A program made the position numbers and the translations under genes. DNA of 64,000 bases, taken from positions 1 to 64,000 of the IMG/VR virus record IMGVR_UViG_3300035701_009377; one strand, written 5' to 3'. This stretch comes from a virus. Shown here piece after piece: positions 63,988 through 64,000 of this stretch (within the stretch, counting starts at the first letter, position 1; every line of letters starts with the position of its first letter). Below the pieces are notes generated by a model. It saw only the letters and a list, made by a program, of their open reading frames with translations, had not been told where the DNA came from and searched no databases.

Positions 63988-64000
63988 CTCTAAATCACCT

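Larger units (their letters stand above)
2821..64000. mobile_element. Prophage (temperate, siphovirus-like); right end outside the window
   Basis: tRNA-adjacent integrase/excisionase, replication module, and portal, scaffold, capsid, tail tube, chaperone and tape measure genes; no tail sheath seen. Confidence 0.92.

Noticed and set aside
63991-64000. TAAATCACC partial match to the promoter motif
   Set aside because: It is the RBS region of the portal gene, lacks the AACTG part, and is cut by the window edge.

Overview
GC-rich window dominated by a large temperate, tailed (siphovirus-like) prophage. It starts beside a tRNA-Lys(CTT) at about 2.8 kb and runs off the right edge just upstream of the portal gene, so the terminase and far att site are not in view. 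The integrase style and Cys-rich or lipoprotein genes suggest a Planctomycetota-like host (inference only). Layout: 1-2.7 kb holds decayed remnants of a probable second element (PolA-like fragment, broken DNA methyltransferase). Then come the tRNA and att-like repeats, a tyrosine integrase and an excisionase. From 4.5 to 38 kb is a leftward early/replication/accessory arm with five DNA methyltransferases, a radical-SAM-like protein, NDT-like glycosidase plus DeoC, ligase, nucleotidase, sigma factor, PolA, two ParBs, SNF2 helicase, three proteases and a degenerate ThyX. An 81-bp nested palindrome separates this from a rightward primase-helicase / dNTP diphosphohydrolase / exonuclease block. From 43 to 64 kb is the leftward tail and head operon. 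Most notable: (1) scaffold and major capsid share an N-terminal leader motif, no prohead protease lies between portal and capsid, and a standalone C39-like peptidase is encoded elsewhere; (2) a methyltransferase/radical-SAM/glycosidase/DeoC cluster with an atypical PolA and degenerate ThyX is a candidate DNA-modification or nucleotide-editing system; (3) a tRNA-like RNA has an elongated anticodon arm; (4) an HNH endonuclease sits in frame inside a methyltransferase without intein motifs; (5) an unknown domain is triplicated behind a repeated promoter-like motif. All product calls come from reading motifs by eye; no database searches were run.
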